Positions 21,683 to 32,934 of a stretch of DNA of 64,000 nucleotides are shown piece after piece. The position numbers and the translations under genes are program-made. The notes under the pieces were generated by a model. It saw only the letters and a program-made list of their open reading frames with translations. It had not been told where the DNA came from and did no database searches. This DNA comes from Candidatus Hydrogenedentota bacterium (GTDB taxonomy: Bacteria > Hydrogenedentota > Hydrogenedentia > Hydrogenedentales > SLHB01). Position 1 is the stretch's first letter. The number at the start of each line of letters is the position of its first letter. The stretch covers positions 1,536,001-1,600,000 of the forward strand of contig CAXXYE010000009.1 in assembly GCA_963674865.2 (NCBI GenBank), written 5' to 3'.

Positions 21683-22645
21683 TCAGAAGCGGACGCTCTT
21701 CAGGGCCATGTAGTAGAGCCAGTGGCCGAAATCGTTGGGGTGGTTGATATTGTTTGCCAAGAGGCTCGAAGGATCCTTCCGTTCGAGCACCTTGCTCCAC
21801 ACGGCGAAGACGTCGGCGTAAGCGCTTGCAGTACGCTCGGCCACGGCTTGTGTTGCGTCGGCATACAGCACCATACGGTGGGAATTGTGCACCCAATCCG
21901 GGTGGGGGGGGAACGCGGAGAACAGCAAGATCTCCGCGCCGGTACGCTCGCGGATGGCGGTGATCATGCCAACGAGGTTGTCCTCGAACTGCTTGACGGG
22001 CACGCTCCCGGTGTTGTTGTCGTTCATCCCGAAGCCAACAAGGACGAGGTCCGGCTGCCGCGTCAAGACCTTCTCTTCGAGGCGCGCGACCCCTTGTTTC
22101 GTTGAGTCGCCTCCCGTGGCGCCGTTCTCGAGTTCGACCTTCGCCTGGGGGAAGGTCTCGGTGAGGTAACGGGCGTATCGATCGGGAAACTGAAGACGCG
22201 GTGTGGACGCCTCCCCGCCGCAAGTGATGCTGTCGCCGTAGGCGATCACTTTGAAAGGCCCCCCGGCGCGCAATGCGGCTCCCGTCTTCGGCAGGCGCTC
22301 GGCCTGATTGCTCTCCTCGGCGAAGGGACGTCCATGGCTTGTCTCGTAATCGACGTACACGAAGAAGTCGTGGTTGCCGTAACCAGGGAACTGCGTGTGA
22401 TCGAACTTTTTCTGGCCGTACAAGACGTTGGTGCTGAAGTCGGGGATGCGCGAATCGGTGGCGCGGGCAAGCGTCCCGCGCTCCGCATCGAGCACGTAAT
22501 CGCGGCCCGATTCGTAGAGAATCGTGTCTTCCAAGCCCGGTTCGTAGGTGCTTCGGGCCACCACTGACTCGGGCGCGACGCCATCGAAACAAAGGTTGCC
22601 CGGTTCGGATTTACTGAGTACTAGACTGTCGCCGTTAATCTTCAT
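21683..22645 (-). CDS. SGNH/GDSL hydrolase
   Basis: AYGDSIT, G.ND, NHPN blocks. Confidence 0.85.
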   Translation of the reverse strand: MKINGDSLVLSKSEPGNLCFDGVAPESVVARSTYEPGLEDTILYESGRDYVLDAERGTLARATDSRIPDFSTNVLYGQKKFDHTQFPGYGNHDFFVYVDYETSHGRPFAEESNQAERLPKTGAALRAGGPFKVIAYGDSITCGGEASTPRLQFPDRYARYLTETFPQAKVELENGATGGDSTKQGVARLEEKVLTRQPDLVLVGFGMNDNNTGSVPVKQFEDNLVGMITAIRERTGAEILLFSAFPPHPDWVHNSHRMVLYADATQAVAERTASAYADVFAVWSKVLERKDPSSLLANNINHPNDFGHWLYYMALKSVRF

Positions 22646-22735
22646 GATCTACTCCCAGAGTAGCCGGCAAAACACTGCGCGGCTTCTTCCAATGAAACAT
22701 GTAGGGAGAGGCGGCTTCCGCCTGCCTGCCCATTC

Positions 22736-24772
22736 TTAACGGTATTGAAGGACCACCACACGATAGACCTCCGTCGACGGGACACTCACGCTCTGCTCAA
22801 GCTCCCTTCCCGTGAGGGTGAGCGATTCGCGCGCCGCACCCGGCCCCTCCGTCCAGGCGCCTTCGACGCGCCACCCTTCGATGTCCGGCGCCCGCAGCGA
22901 AAATGCCGGCGCCGGGCCGGGGGGCGGCGTGCTGGACATGGACGTGCAGCCGTAGTTTACCACGTGGACGACGACGCGCTTGTCCTTGCGGATGATGAAT
23001 GGCCGCAGCCGCGCGGCGTGGATGGCGCGCGAGTCGCTTAGGGCGAGGTCGTGCCCGGCCATCTCAACGATATGATGGGCCAGAGGCGCGGGCTCCGTTA
23101 GATCGACGTGCGAACACGCGGCGAGGGCCTCTTCCTGTTTCTCGCGCGACAGGTCGAGGAGGTTGTCGAGTTGGACCTCGTAGTAATCCACGAATTCCAC
23201 CGGGGGCAGGCCGCCCGGCCCGATGGCGAGTACGGCTGAGCCGTCCAACGCGCCTGGCGGGATTGCGCGTGCTCCGGGATTGATGACGACGGAGAAGCGC
23301 CGACGCGACAACTGGCTCGGTGTCACAATGTCGTACGGGATGTGGCTTCGGCCCAGGGCGCGGCATACGGCGTACACCAGGCGAAGGTGTTCGTCATTAT
23401 TCCGCAGGATATCGTCGAGTGAATAGAGCACGCCGACTTCGCAGAGGGGCTCTGCCTGATCGAACAACTCCCAACGCTCATCGAAGAAGGTTCGATAGAG
23501 GTTCACCGTATCGGCATCACGGCGCCCGGCGCACCAAGCCCCCGTGTTGGCCGACGCGACCTCCGCGAATCCCAGCAAACGTTGGCTTGGATCGTCGCGC
23601 GTGTAGGCCAGCAGGGCCGGTTCGACGCCGTGGGCCGCGCAGGCGCGGAGGAGAGGCCAAAACTCCTCAACAAGGCCCGGCGCGATGTACCCATGGCTTC
23701 CTCCCTCCTCGAGCATCTGCCAGACGGCGCCCGGTTGCCAGCGGATGAAGTGGTGGCCCAATTGCCGCCGAGTGGCGAATTGCCTGGCCGTCATCGACAT
23801 GCCCCAATTCGCCACGACAAAAAAGTTGGGATTGTGGCGGCGCCCCGCCTCCCGGACGCGCAGCAGCATGTCGCCGTTCGTCTGTGCCCAGAAAGCCTGG
23901 CTCGCCTCCCAGAGCAGCGTGGCCCATGGATCGACGGGAAACGCCTCGGTGTCTAGTGGCGGCCCGGCGGACAATCGCCCCGAGGTGGCCCGGCGCATGG
24001 CCGGCCCCGTGCCCTGTCCGTCATCGCTGTAGAGCATCGTTTGCTCGATGGGCAGGCATTCCTCCAATTCGGCCAAGCGATGGCCGTAGTGCTTGCGGAG
24101 AAACGCGCGGAAGCCCCGCTGGCATTGGGGGCAGTAACACTGGACGAGGTTGTCATCCGAGAACACGGCGTCATAGCCTGCCTCCGCGATGAGCCCGGCG
24201 CATATCTCGACGAAGCCCAGGCGGCCCTCACGGCGCAGGCACGGCTCATAGCGCGAATAGGGCGTGTCCGTCGAATACGGCGCGAACGACATTACATCAC
24301 GCTGCATCCAGTCGAAAGGATCATCCTTGGTGAGCCTATCGCATCCGAGGTCCGCGAACTCATCCAGACGCCGCCAGAAATGGAAGAACCCCTGCGCGGC
24401 TGCCGCGTCCCCGCCGTAGCTGAAGAAGTTGTGGGTGATGCACTCGTCCACGGAGCCGCCGATGATCGACGGATTCATGTAGGGAAACACCTTGCCCACC
24501 CCCGCGTCGTGGAGGCGGTTAGTGCCATTGCGAAGATCCTCCACCTTGCGCCGCACCTCGCCCGGCCCCGCTTCATGATCCGGTAGCCACCCCGAGTAGC
24601 CTTGCGTAGTTCCCCAGATGCTGTTGAGCGGCACATCGTGGGCGTGGTGGAGGAAGTCCGGCGCGGCGTCGCGGAGGGCCTCGGCCCACGCCTCATCCAC
24701 CGTCGCGCCTTCCTCGCCGGCGCAGATGTAAGTCAGCGGCCCGCGCGGCAGGCCATCTTCCCGGTAATGCAC
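22736..24772 (-). CDS. Hypothetical glycoside-hydrolase-like protein (GH42-like organisation)
   Basis: 678-aa ORF; DAVFSDD...CYCPQC..GF..FL; EVGVLYS and HIPYDIV of trimerisation-like domain. Confidence 0.5.
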   Translation of the reverse strand: MHYREDGLPRGPLTYICAGEEGATVDEAWAEALRDAAPDFLHHAHDVPLNSIWGTTQGYSGWLPDHEAGPGEVRRKVEDLRNGTNRLHDAGVGKVFPYMNPSIIGGSVDECITHNFFSYGGDAAAAQGFFHFWRRLDEFADLGCDRLTKDDPFDWMQRDVMSFAPYSTDTPYSRYEPCLRREGRLGFVEICAGLIAEAGYDAVFSDDNLVQCYCPQCQRGFRAFLRKHYGHRLAELEECLPIEQTMLYSDDGQGTGPAMRRATSGRLSAGPPLDTEAFPVDPWATLLWEASQAFWAQTNGDMLLRVREAGRRHNPNFFVVANWGMSMTARQFATRRQLGHHFIRWQPGAVWQMLEEGGSHGYIAPGLVEEFWPLLRACAAHGVEPALLAYTRDDPSQRLLGFAEVASANTGAWCAGRRDADTVNLYRTFFDERWELFDQAEPLCEVGVLYSLDDILRNNDEHLRLVYAVCRALGRSHIPYDIVTPSQLSRRRFSVVINPGARAIPPGALDGSAVLAIGPGGLPPVEFVDYYEVQLDNLLDLSREKQEEALAACSHVDLTEPAPLAHHIVEMAGHDLALSDSRAIHAARLRPFIIRKDKRVVVHVVNYGCTSMSSTPPPGPAPAFSLRAPDIEGWRVEGAWTEGPGAARESLTLTGRELEQSVSVPSTEVYRVVVLQYR

Positions 24773-24809
24773 GGCGGCTCCTCCCTTGGTGCCCGGCGCC
24801 GACGCCCTC

Positions 24810-25802
24810 TCAGGCTACAGGCTTGCTCGTGATAAGGCCGATCCCGCGGCCGGCGTCGCTCACGGCGCAATAATACATGTAGAACATGCGACTCTTCGCC
24901 TCGTAAACGAGGGAGATCTTGTGGGCGTACTTGGCGTCCAGGCCGTAAGGATGGCCGCCCGCCCTGTACAGCGGCTCAGGATGCGAAGTCCAGTGGTACA
25001 AGTCCCGGGAGAAGGCGGCCATGATGTGAGCGCCGCCCCGCCCAACTCCGAAATAGAACATCACCCAATGATCGCCGTCTTTGAAGACCTTCCCGTCCGA
25101 GCAGAACTGCTCATCATAGCTGCCCGATCCGCCATTGCGGATGACGGGATTGCCCGCGTAACGCGTCCAATGGACTAGATCCTCGCTCGTGGCGAGTCCC
25201 GTCTGCTCGATGGCGCCGTTGGCCGCGTTGTAGAAGTCCCAGAACCGGCCGTCGTGCTCGACGAGCCACGGCTGATAGATGCAGTCCTTCTCCCACTCGG
25301 CCGCGCCCTCGATCGACAAGATGGGCGTGTCTTCCGAGGCGCGTTCCCAGGTGAGGCCGTCATTGCTCCACGCAAGGCCCTCAGCGCCGGGGCGCAACTC
25401 GTAGCCGCCTTGGCGCGGATAGCAACCGTACAACGCCCAGTACTTGTCCTCGAATCGCTTCAGCCGTCGCGGCGCTTTCACGTCGTAGGACTCCAGCAAG
25501 AGCCCGCCAAAACTGACGCCCCCGTAGTCGAACGCGCCGGTTTTGCCAAAGCTCATGACGAGGCCCCGCGGCGTCCAATGGACGAGGTCATTACTCTCTG
25601 CCACGGCGGTCTGGTAGCCGCGCCCGTCGAAGCCCGTGTAAGACATCCGCCATGTTTCGTCCCGCTGCCAGACGAGCGGGCAATCGACCTTGCTGAATCC
25701 CAGGCCGTCGTCGGGACTGGGGGGGAGGACGTAGTCAGGGAAGTAGTGCCAGTTACGATAAGGCTCGGCCCAGCCGTCGATGGTTGTGCGATCGATGTCC
25801 AT
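24810..25802 (-). CDS. Five-bladed beta-propeller glycosidase-like protein (GH32/43/130-like)
   Basis: Repeated S.DL.HW blades; VDCP; YQPW; NPVI. Confidence 0.7.
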   Translation of the reverse strand: MDIDRTTIDGWAEPYRNWHYFPDYVLPPSPDDGLGFSKVDCPLVWQRDETWRMSYTGFDGRGYQTAVAESNDLVHWTPRGLVMSFGKTGAFDYGGVSFGGLLLESYDVKAPRRLKRFEDKYWALYGCYPRQGGYELRPGAEGLAWSNDGLTWERASEDTPILSIEGAAEWEKDCIYQPWLVEHDGRFWDFYNAANGAIEQTGLATSEDLVHWTRYAGNPVIRNGGSGSYDEQFCSDGKVFKDGDHWVMFYFGVGRGGAHIMAAFSRDLYHWTSHPEPLYRAGGHPYGLDAKYAHKISLVYEAKSRMFYMYYCAVSDAGRGIGLITSKPVA

Positions 25803-26375
25803 GAACGGTAATCCTTGCGTGTTGGCCGGAGACGATACCAAGCCGGGGGATTCCACGGCAAACCGAAGAATGGCCCCCAACTCCGCACGTGAGCGTGGTT
25901 CTGCATCCCAAGCACGCGCGCCGGAGATTGTGGCGCAGGCATCCTGCCCGCCGGCGGCGCGCTTGCCCTTTGTCAAGACCCGCTTGCCAAAGCTTCGAGA
26001 AGGGCCCTATTGTGGTGCGGGCTTCCAACATGCATATTCCCGCGATTGGCGTAAAACCTGCCCGGCCTACGTGCGGATTTGGACTGCCGTGATGATATGT
26101 CGATTTGACAGAGCCCGACACACGGCCCTGCTTGCCATCGCTCTAGCCAATGGGCGGCGCAAGGAAGCCCACTTTGGCGGGCGATATGCTCTAGCCCACG
26201 GCCTAAGCCGTGAGGCGTGTTTGTCGTCCCCCAACAAGCCCCGCCAGGGGCGACATATGGAGGCATTACCGGTGATTCAGGTATTGCAAACGACCCCGGA
26301 AAGCGTCTACATTGCAGCCGCCCCGCTCCGGTGGGCAGGCAAGTACCTTTGGGCGCATCAAGAGGGTGAGCAATC

Positions 26376-27974
26376 ATGAATCTGAACGTGCAACAAAACG
26401 GCGTGATCGAGTTAACGTTTCTATCTTCGGGGCAATACGGCGATCCGTACAATGACGTGGATTTCGACGTGGTATTCACCGCCCCCGACGGCGCCGCATT
26501 CCAAGTGCCTGGCTTCTGGGCCGGCGACAACCGATGGAAGGTGCGCTTCAGCGGCAGGCTTGAAGGAGAATATGCTTTCGAGACACGCGCGTCGGCCGAG
26601 GACGATGCCGGCATTCACGGGCAGACAGGCACGATCTCCGTCCATCCGTACAGCGGCGCCAATCCGCTGCTCCGCCACGGCCGCCTGCACGTAGCCGCCG
26701 ACCAGCGCCATTTTGAGCACGCCGACGGCACGCCCTTCCTCTGGGTGGGCGATACCTGGTGGATGGGATTGACGACGCGGCTCGACTGGCCGCAGGGATT
26801 CAAGGAGCTGGCCGCCGACCGCGTAACCAAAGGCTTCAGCGTCGTCCAGATCATCGCCGGGCCGTATCCTGACATGGACGCATGGGATCCCCGGGGCAAG
26901 AATGAGGCGGGATATCCCTTCGCGGAGGAATTTGCGCGCGTCAACACGGCGTACTACGACCACGCGGACCTCAAGATCGGCCACCTGATTGCTTCGGGCC
27001 TGATGCCGTGCATCGTCGGCATGTGGGGATACCATCTTCCAAAGATCGGCGTCGAAAAGGCCAAGCGATTCTGGCGGCATCTGGTGGCGCGGTACGGCGC
27101 CTACCCGGTGACGTGGTGCCTCTGCGGCGAGGCCACGATGCCCTACTACGTGTCCAAGACGAAGGAGGCGGACGCCCAGTTTCAGAAGAAGGGCTGGACG
27201 GAGGTGATGGCCCACGTCCGCGAGGTCGACGGATACGGCAACCTCATCACTATCCACCCGACGCAGTTCGGGCGCGATCAGGTGGAAGATCCCGGCCTCA
27301 TGGATTTCGAGATGCTCCAGACGGGCCACAGCGATATCGACAGCGTGGGCAACATCATCGCGGCGATGCGAAAATCAGTGGATCGCGAACCGCGGATGCC
27401 CATCGTCAACAGCGAGGTCAACTACGAGAGTATTCTGGGCCGCTGCTGGCAGAACGTGCAGCGACTCTGCTTCTACCACACCATGCTCAACGGCGCGGCC
27501 GGCCACACCTACGGTGCCAACGGCATCTGGCAGTTGAATGCGCCGGATCAGCCCTACGGCCCCTCGCCCCACGGCCGGAGCTGGGGAAGCATGCCGTGGC
27601 CCGAAGCGGCGCAGTTGCCCGGCTCGCGCCAGATGGGCCTGGGCGGGGCGTTCATGAAACGCTTCCCGTGGTGGGAACTCAAGCGGCACGCAGAGTGGCT
27701 CGACGAATCCGACAAGGAGAACGATCCCTACGGTCTGGTGGCCGTCGGAATTCCCGGCCAACTACGCATCGCCTACAGCCCCATGTGCTGGAACGCGCCG
27801 ACTATCAAGGAAATCGAGCCGGACGTGACGTATCGGGCCTACTACTTCGACCCTGTCGCGGGCGAGCAGATCGAACTTGGCCAAGCGGCCCCCGACAAAG
27901 ACGGTACGTGGACTCCGCCCTTCCCGCCCGAAGGCCACGACTGGCTTCTCGTCATGGACGCGAGGACAGTGTAG
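26376..27974 (+). CDS. DUF5060/DUF4038 (apiosidase-like) glycoside hydrolase
   Basis: VPGFWAG; DGTPFLWVGDTWW; LVARYGA; TIHP; GHTYGANGIW. Confidence 0.8.
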   Translation: MNLNVQQNGVIELTFLSSGQYGDPYNDVDFDVVFTAPDGAAFQVPGFWAGDNRWKVRFSGRLEGEYAFETRASAEDDAGIHGQTGTISVHPYSGANPLLRHGRLHVAADQRHFEHADGTPFLWVGDTWWMGLTTRLDWPQGFKELAADRVTKGFSVVQIIAGPYPDMDAWDPRGKNEAGYPFAEEFARVNTAYYDHADLKIGHLIASGLMPCIVGMWGYHLPKIGVEKAKRFWRHLVARYGAYPVTWCLCGEATMPYYVSKTKEADAQFQKKGWTEVMAHVREVDGYGNLITIHPTQFGRDQVEDPGLMDFEMLQTGHSDIDSVGNIIAAMRKSVDREPRMPIVNSEVNYESILGRCWQNVQRLCFYHTMLNGAAGHTYGANGIWQLNAPDQPYGPSPHGRSWGSMPWPEAAQLPGSRQMGLGGAFMKRFPWWELKRHAEWLDESDKENDPYGLVAVGIPGQLRIAYSPMCWNAPTIKEIEPDVTYRAYYFDPVAGEQIELGQAAPDKDGTWTPPFPPEGHDWLLVMDARTV

Positions 27975-28100
27975 GCGTAGGCATCATCGGAATGCGGAGG
28001 TCACTCCGAAGTGGGCGCCCGTTTCTCTGCGCCCTCAGCGTTCTCGGCGCCTCCGCGTTGGAATTCCCCCGACAACATGGGCCTCTGCGATACGGATAGG

Positions 28101-28109
28101 TGCTATAAT
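28101..28109 (+). promoter_or_regulatory. Extended -10 promoter of rnpB
   Basis: TGCTATAAT (TGnTATAAT) 8 nt before the P1 helix. Confidence 0.7.
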
Positions 28110-28117
28110 TAGAGTTC

Positions 28118-28487
28118 GGGCGAGCAGGCCGGACGGCCGCGGCCTTCGAACGAAGGTTGAGGAAAGTCCGGGCTCCACAGGGCAGGGTGCTTCGTAACGC
28201 GAAGGCGGGGCGACCCGACGGAAAGTGGCACAGAAAAGACACGGCCTACGCTCCGCATGTCGGAGCCGGCAAAGGTGAAAAGGTGCGGTAAGAGCGCACC
28301 AGCGGCCTGGCGACAGGCCGGCTTGTCAAACCCCACCTGGAGAAATTCCGAATAGGGGAGCTATGGAGTGGCCCGCTCCGCTCCCGGGTAGGAAGCTCGA
28401 GGCGTGCGGCGACGCGCGTCCCAGATGAATGGCCGTCTCAGGGCGTACGCGCCCCAGACAGAACCCGGCTTACAGGCCTGCTCGCCC
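28118..28487 (+). ncRNA. rnpB: RNase P RNA, bacterial class A
   Basis: GAGGAAAGTCC, GGAAAGTGGCACAGAAAA, GGTAAGAGC, ACAGAACCCGGCTTA; terminal pairing GGGCGAGCAGGCC / GGCCTGCTCGCCC. Confidence 0.97.
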
Positions 28488-28663
28488 ATTTTCGACGATT
28501 GAGTGCCATACTGCGTGCCGGGGCGCCCATCACGCCGCCGTGAGATTTGCCCCAAAAACGATCCGAGGCCGGACGCTGGGGAGAACGTCCGACCTCGGGG
28601 GAGGGAATGGGTTTCGGCCGCTTCGTCTGGCGACGTGGGCCGAAACCTTGGTCAACTGCCACA

Positions 28664-31264
28664 TTAGGCCGCTTGGGACATGTGGCTATGAAGCATCAAC
28701 TGTTTACCGTCTTCATCTACCGTAACAACGGAGCCTTCCTTTATTCTTCCCGCCAGTAGCTCCATCGCGAGCGGATCGAGCACCATTCGCTGAATGACGC
28801 GCTTGAGCGGCCGCGCGCCGTACGTCGGATCGTAGCCGCGTTCGGCCAGCAGATCCCGCGCCGCCGCCGTCAGCTCGATGCGTATGTGCTTTTCCTCCAA
28901 GCGCTTACCTAGACGCTTGAGCTGTACGTCCACGATGGAACGGATATGCTCCTTGCTCAGCGGGTGGAACACGACGATGTCGTCCACGCGGTTCAGGAAT
29001 TCCGGAAGGAACTGCTGCCGCAGCACGCGCATGACTTCCTCAGTTTTCTCCTCATGGCTGCCGCTTGCCCGGTCGAACACGTCGCTGCCGACGTTCGAGG
29101 TCATGATGACGATGGTGTGCTTGAAGCTCACCGTACGCCCCTGGCCATCCGTAAGTCGCCCTTCGTCAAGTAGTTGCAACAACACGTTGAAGACCTCGGG
29201 GTGCGCTTTCTCGATTTCGTCCAGCAGCACCACGCTGTACGGCTTCCGCCGCACCACTTCCGTCAACTGGCCGCCTTCTTCGTAGCCAACGTAGCCGGGC
29301 GGGGCGCCGATGAGCCGCGCTACGGCGTGCTTCTCCATGTACTCAGACATGTCGATGCGCACCATGGCGTTCTCGTCGTCGAAGAGTAGCTCCGCCAACG
29401 ACCGGGCCAACTCCGTCTTGCCGACGCCCGTCGGCCCTAGGAAGATAAATGCTCCAATGGGCCGTTCAGGTTCCTTCAAACCTGCGCGCGCGCGGCGCAC
29501 GGCGTCGGACACGACCCGGATGCCTTCTTCCTGGCCGATCACCCGCTCGGACAGCCGCTCTTCCATCTTGAGCAGCCGCGCCATCTCGCCTTCCATCATC
29601 TTGCTCACGGGAATGCCCGTCCAGTGGGAGACGATTCGCGCGACGTGCTCCTCCGTCACCTCCTCCTTGAGGAAACTGCCGTTCTCCTGGAGTTCCGCCA
29701 AACGCTTGTTCTCGGCCTCCAACTGCGTCTGCAGCTCGGCAAGCGTCCCATAGCGAATCTGCGCCACCTTGTCCAGGTTGCCCGCGCGCTCGGCGATTTC
29801 CTCCTCGCGCTTGGCATTGTCGATGGCCTCATTGACGCCGCGGATGCGCTCGATGGCCTCTTTTTCCGCCTGCCACTTGGCCTTCTTGGCGTTGAGGTCC
29901 TCGCGGAGTTCGGCGATCTCCCGCTCGATATCCTCGCGCACGGCCTTCCCGGCCTTGCCCTTTTCCTTCTTCACGGCGAGATGCTCGATCTCGAGCTGGC
30001 GAATGCGCCGGTCGAGCACGTCGATCTCGTAAGGCATGCTGTCGATCTCGATCCGCAGCCGCGACGCGGCCTCGTCCACGAGGTCGATGGCCTTGTCCGG
30101 CAAGAACCTGTCGGAGATATAGCGATTGCTCAACACGGCCGCGGCCACGAGCGCCGCGTCCTGAATGCGCACGCCGTGGTGCACCTCGTACTTCTCTTTC
30201 AGGCCGCGGAGGATGGCGATGGTGTCGTCTACGTCCGGCTGACTCACGAGCACGGGCTGGAAGCGGCGTTCGAGCGCCGCGTCCTTCTCCACGCGTTTGC
30301 GGTATTCGTCCAGCGTCGTCGCGCCGATGCAGTGTAGTTCGCCCCGCGCCAGGGCGGGTTTCAGCATATTCGACGCGTCCATGGCGCCCTCGGCGGCGCC
30401 CGCGCCGACGAGTGTGTGCAGTTCGTCGATGAAGAGGACGACGGCGCCGCCCGCCTCCTCCACCTCGCGCAGCACGGCCTTCAGCCGATCCTCGAATTCG
30501 CCGCGGAATTTGGCCCCGGCCACCAGTGCGCCGAGGTCCAGCGCGGCGATCCGCTTGTTCTTCAGGTTCTCCGGCACGTCGCCCGCCACGACGCGCTGCG
30601 CCAGCCCCTCGACGATGGCCGTCTTGCCGACGCCCGGCTCGCCGATGAGGACGGGATTGTTCTTCGTGCGCCGCGAGAGCACCTGGATCACGCGCCGGAT
30701 CTCGTCATCGCGGCCGATAACCGGATCGAGCTTTCCGGCCCGGGCGAGCTGCGTCAGATCGCGGCTGTACTTCGCCAGGGCGTCGTACGTCTCCTCGGCG
30801 TTCGGATCCGTGACGCGCTGCGTGCCGCGAATACTCTTCAACGCCTCGAACACCGCGTCCGGCGCGACGCCGTGCTCCCGCAATACCTGGCCCGCCGGAT
30901 CGCCTTTGCTGTCCAGCATGCCCAACAGGACGTGCTCCGTGCTCAAGTACTCATCACGGAGTTTCTGCGCACTCTTCCAGCCCGCGTCCAGGGCGCGCTG
31001 CGCATCGGCGCCCAGCCCGATCTGGCCCGCGCCCCCGCCGGATACCTGCGGCAGCGACGCCAGCCGTGCCGACACGTCATTCTTCACCTGCGCCGGCGGC
31101 ACGCCCAAACGCTGGAGAACGGACGGAACCGAACCTTTCTCCTGTTCGAGCAGCGCCATCAGCACATGGAGGGACGTAATCTCAGGATGCCCGGCCTGCG
31201 TCGCGGCATCCATCGCATCCGAAAGCGCCTCCTGCGCCCTAATCGTCAGTTTGTCCAATCGCAT
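28664..31264 (-). CDS. clpB: ATP-dependent disaggregase ClpB
   Basis: GEPGVGKT and GPTGVGKT Walker A motifs; coiled-coil M domain; GYVGYEEGG. Confidence 0.97.
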   Translation of the reverse strand: MRLDKLTIRAQEALSDAMDAATQAGHPEITSLHVLMALLEQEKGSVPSVLQRLGVPPAQVKNDVSARLASLPQVSGGGAGQIGLGADAQRALDAGWKSAQKLRDEYLSTEHVLLGMLDSKGDPAGQVLREHGVAPDAVFEALKSIRGTQRVTDPNAEETYDALAKYSRDLTQLARAGKLDPVIGRDDEIRRVIQVLSRRTKNNPVLIGEPGVGKTAIVEGLAQRVVAGDVPENLKNKRIAALDLGALVAGAKFRGEFEDRLKAVLREVEEAGGAVVLFIDELHTLVGAGAAEGAMDASNMLKPALARGELHCIGATTLDEYRKRVEKDAALERRFQPVLVSQPDVDDTIAILRGLKEKYEVHHGVRIQDAALVAAAVLSNRYISDRFLPDKAIDLVDEAASRLRIEIDSMPYEIDVLDRRIRQLEIEHLAVKKEKGKAGKAVREDIEREIAELREDLNAKKAKWQAEKEAIERIRGVNEAIDNAKREEEIAERAGNLDKVAQIRYGTLAELQTQLEAENKRLAELQENGSFLKEEVTEEHVARIVSHWTGIPVSKMMEGEMARLLKMEERLSERVIGQEEGIRVVSDAVRRARAGLKEPERPIGAFIFLGPTGVGKTELARSLAELLFDDENAMVRIDMSEYMEKHAVARLIGAPPGYVGYEEGGQLTEVVRRKPYSVVLLDEIEKAHPEVFNVLLQLLDEGRLTDGQGRTVSFKHTIVIMTSNVGSDVFDRASGSHEEKTEEVMRVLRQQFLPEFLNRVDDIVVFHPLSKEHIRSIVDVQLKRLGKRLEEKHIRIELTAAARDLLAERGYDPTYGARPLKRVIQRMVLDPLAMELLAGRIKEGSVVTVDEDGKQLMLHSHMSQAA

Positions 31265-31307
31265 AGTCTCTTTCTCCCCTCTATCATGGATTTCCGCCAA
31301 TGGGAGA

Positions 31308-31410
31308 ACAAGAACTATGCCAAAGTGAAACCCTTGTAAATAAAAAGGTTACGCCTCCCATGCCGCGCGCGACTGTTTCAAACCTCCCCCGCGTGTTTCC
31401 TTTTGAAACA
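31308..31410 (-). promoter_or_regulatory. Possible sigma-54-type promoter and palindromic upstream site for clpB
   Basis: Minus strand TTGGCAT-AGTTC-TTGT (GT instead of GC at -12); AT-rich tract; palindrome TGTTTC-N5-GAAACA at 31394-31410. Confidence 0.4.
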
Positions 31411-31606
31411 GGGAAGGCGGCCCGCCTCATTTGACTGATTGACGCGCACGCGCTTGCGCCGCGTCCGTTACGGGCTGTTTTCCGGATCTGGGGAAGGTTT
31501 GGGGCATGCCGTCGTCGGGCTGTTGTGATATACTGCCGTTGCCTCTATACGAGGACGAGGATGAGTCTCACATCCCGAACGGGCAAGAAACCGAGGGCGA
31601 CACCCT

Positions 31607-32332
31607 ATGACTTGGACACTTAGAAAGACCGTCGTTGGATTGCGCCACGACAAGACCTTCAAGGTGAGGGACATCTCAGGAAAGATTGTTGATAGCCTAC
31701 TTCTCCTGCAAGGCAAGGGAAGCTTGCCAGCCGATTGCTTCCAGCTCCTGGATGCGTCGTCTGACCAGACTCAATTCAAGCTGCACAACGTGGATGATAC
31801 ATTCAGCCTTACTTTCAATCTGGAGGGGTTCTTCCTCACATGTGACATCCCCACGCTCGCGTCTCTCGATGCAAGTTCCTTAGAGGACTCATTTTCGACT
31901 ATTGCAGAGACCATCCTTCCTCTGAGTGGAAGGGAAAAGGACATAGCACGAATAGGCGCGATCCACGAATACGCTCTTCTGTTACCTGGCGAATTATCAG
32001 ACGCGCTGCTTCGCCAGGTTTTTTGCTCAGCCCCTGACGGTAATCTCCTCAACATCGGAGTGCATGCCACTCTGACACTGCCAACGGCCGATTCGTCAGG
32101 TGCTGCAGAGAGAAGGTGTATTGTGAGCATTGTGCGGGCCAAAGCCGATGATGAGCAGGGCAAATGCGTTGTGGTGACAAATCTTAGCATCGACTTCCAG
32201 TTCTTTTTCTCACCGGTGTGCGCCTTCTCAAGGGCATCCCTTGCTGACGCCTACGACATGGCCAGGAGTTATGCAACTAGGCTTCGTGACACCGATTTTG
32301 CCTTTCTCTCTCCCAACGATGTTTCCGGTTGA
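31607..32332 (+). CDS. Hypothetical protein (possibly TIGR04255-like)
   Basis: 241-aa ORF in a lower-GC segment; RIG and LSIDFQ motifs reminiscent of TIGR04255. Confidence 0.6.
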   Translation: MTWTLRKTVVGLRHDKTFKVRDISGKIVDSLLLLQGKGSLPADCFQLLDASSDQTQFKLHNVDDTFSLTFNLEGFFLTCDIPTLASLDASSLEDSFSTIAETILPLSGREKDIARIGAIHEYALLLPGELSDALLRQVFCSAPDGNLLNIGVHATLTLPTADSSGAAERRCIVSIVRAKADDEQGKCVVVTNLSIDFQFFFSPVCAFSRASLADAYDMARSYATRLRDTDFAFLSPNDVSG

Positions 32333-32355
32333 GCGGGTTTGGAGTCGGGCCGAAT

Positions 32356-32934
32356 ATGGCGCATGAAACTGAGAGAGAAGCTTTTCTAAGAGCGGTTGCC
32401 CGTGCAATAGCAACGAGCGATGCACATGCACCAAGAGCCAACAGAGAGAGGCTTAAAGGGCAAACGGGCGCAATAGAGGGTTTGAGGACTACGGGCAGCG
32501 ATGTGTCGCAAACGGATACCGCAATCCCGGAGGGTGCTACGAACATCGCAACCACCGAGATGGCACTCAGGAGGGCTGCAAGGCAAGATGGTATGCCAAT
32601 GCCGCTTTCTGAATGGGAGCGGATTAAGAAGAAGGTGCAGAGAATTCCTGCGCGCCCAAGGCTATTCGCGAGCGTGGCGTCCACCTGTGTGGGTGGCCTT
32701 ATCGCCGCAGTAATAAGCGCGGCGACGGCCTTCTCCAGCCTCCCCAAAAACACTCGGATGCCGTCCCTGGTTGCGATGTCTGTGGTTGCGTCAGTCTGTT
32801 TGACGGGACTCGTGCTTTCCCTCGTGGCAATGAAGAGGGAGACAACGGGAATCGAGACAAGCAAAGAGGACGTCCTAGAGGACATGGAGGAGATAGAGAA
32901 ACGATTCCCTGCCCCGGGTCGCTCGGATGTGTGA
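32356..32934 (+). CDS. Hypothetical two-TM membrane protein
   Basis: GGAG RBS; two hydrophobic helices near the C-terminus; directly follows the previous ORF. Confidence 0.6.
   Translation: MAHETEREAFLRAVARAIATSDAHAPRANRERLKGQTGAIEGLRTTGSDVSQTDTAIPEGATNIATTEMALRRAARQDGMPMPLSEWERIKKKVQRIPARPRLFASVASTCVGGLIAAVISAATAFSSLPKNTRMPSLVAMSVVASVCLTGLVLSLVAMKRETTGIETSKEDVLEDMEEIEKRFPAPGRSDV

Noticed and set aside
26047..26190. Two GG-N10-GC motifs upstream of the DUF4038 gene
   Set aside because: Poor match to TGGCAC/TTGC, far from the start codon, and expected by chance in GC-rich DNA
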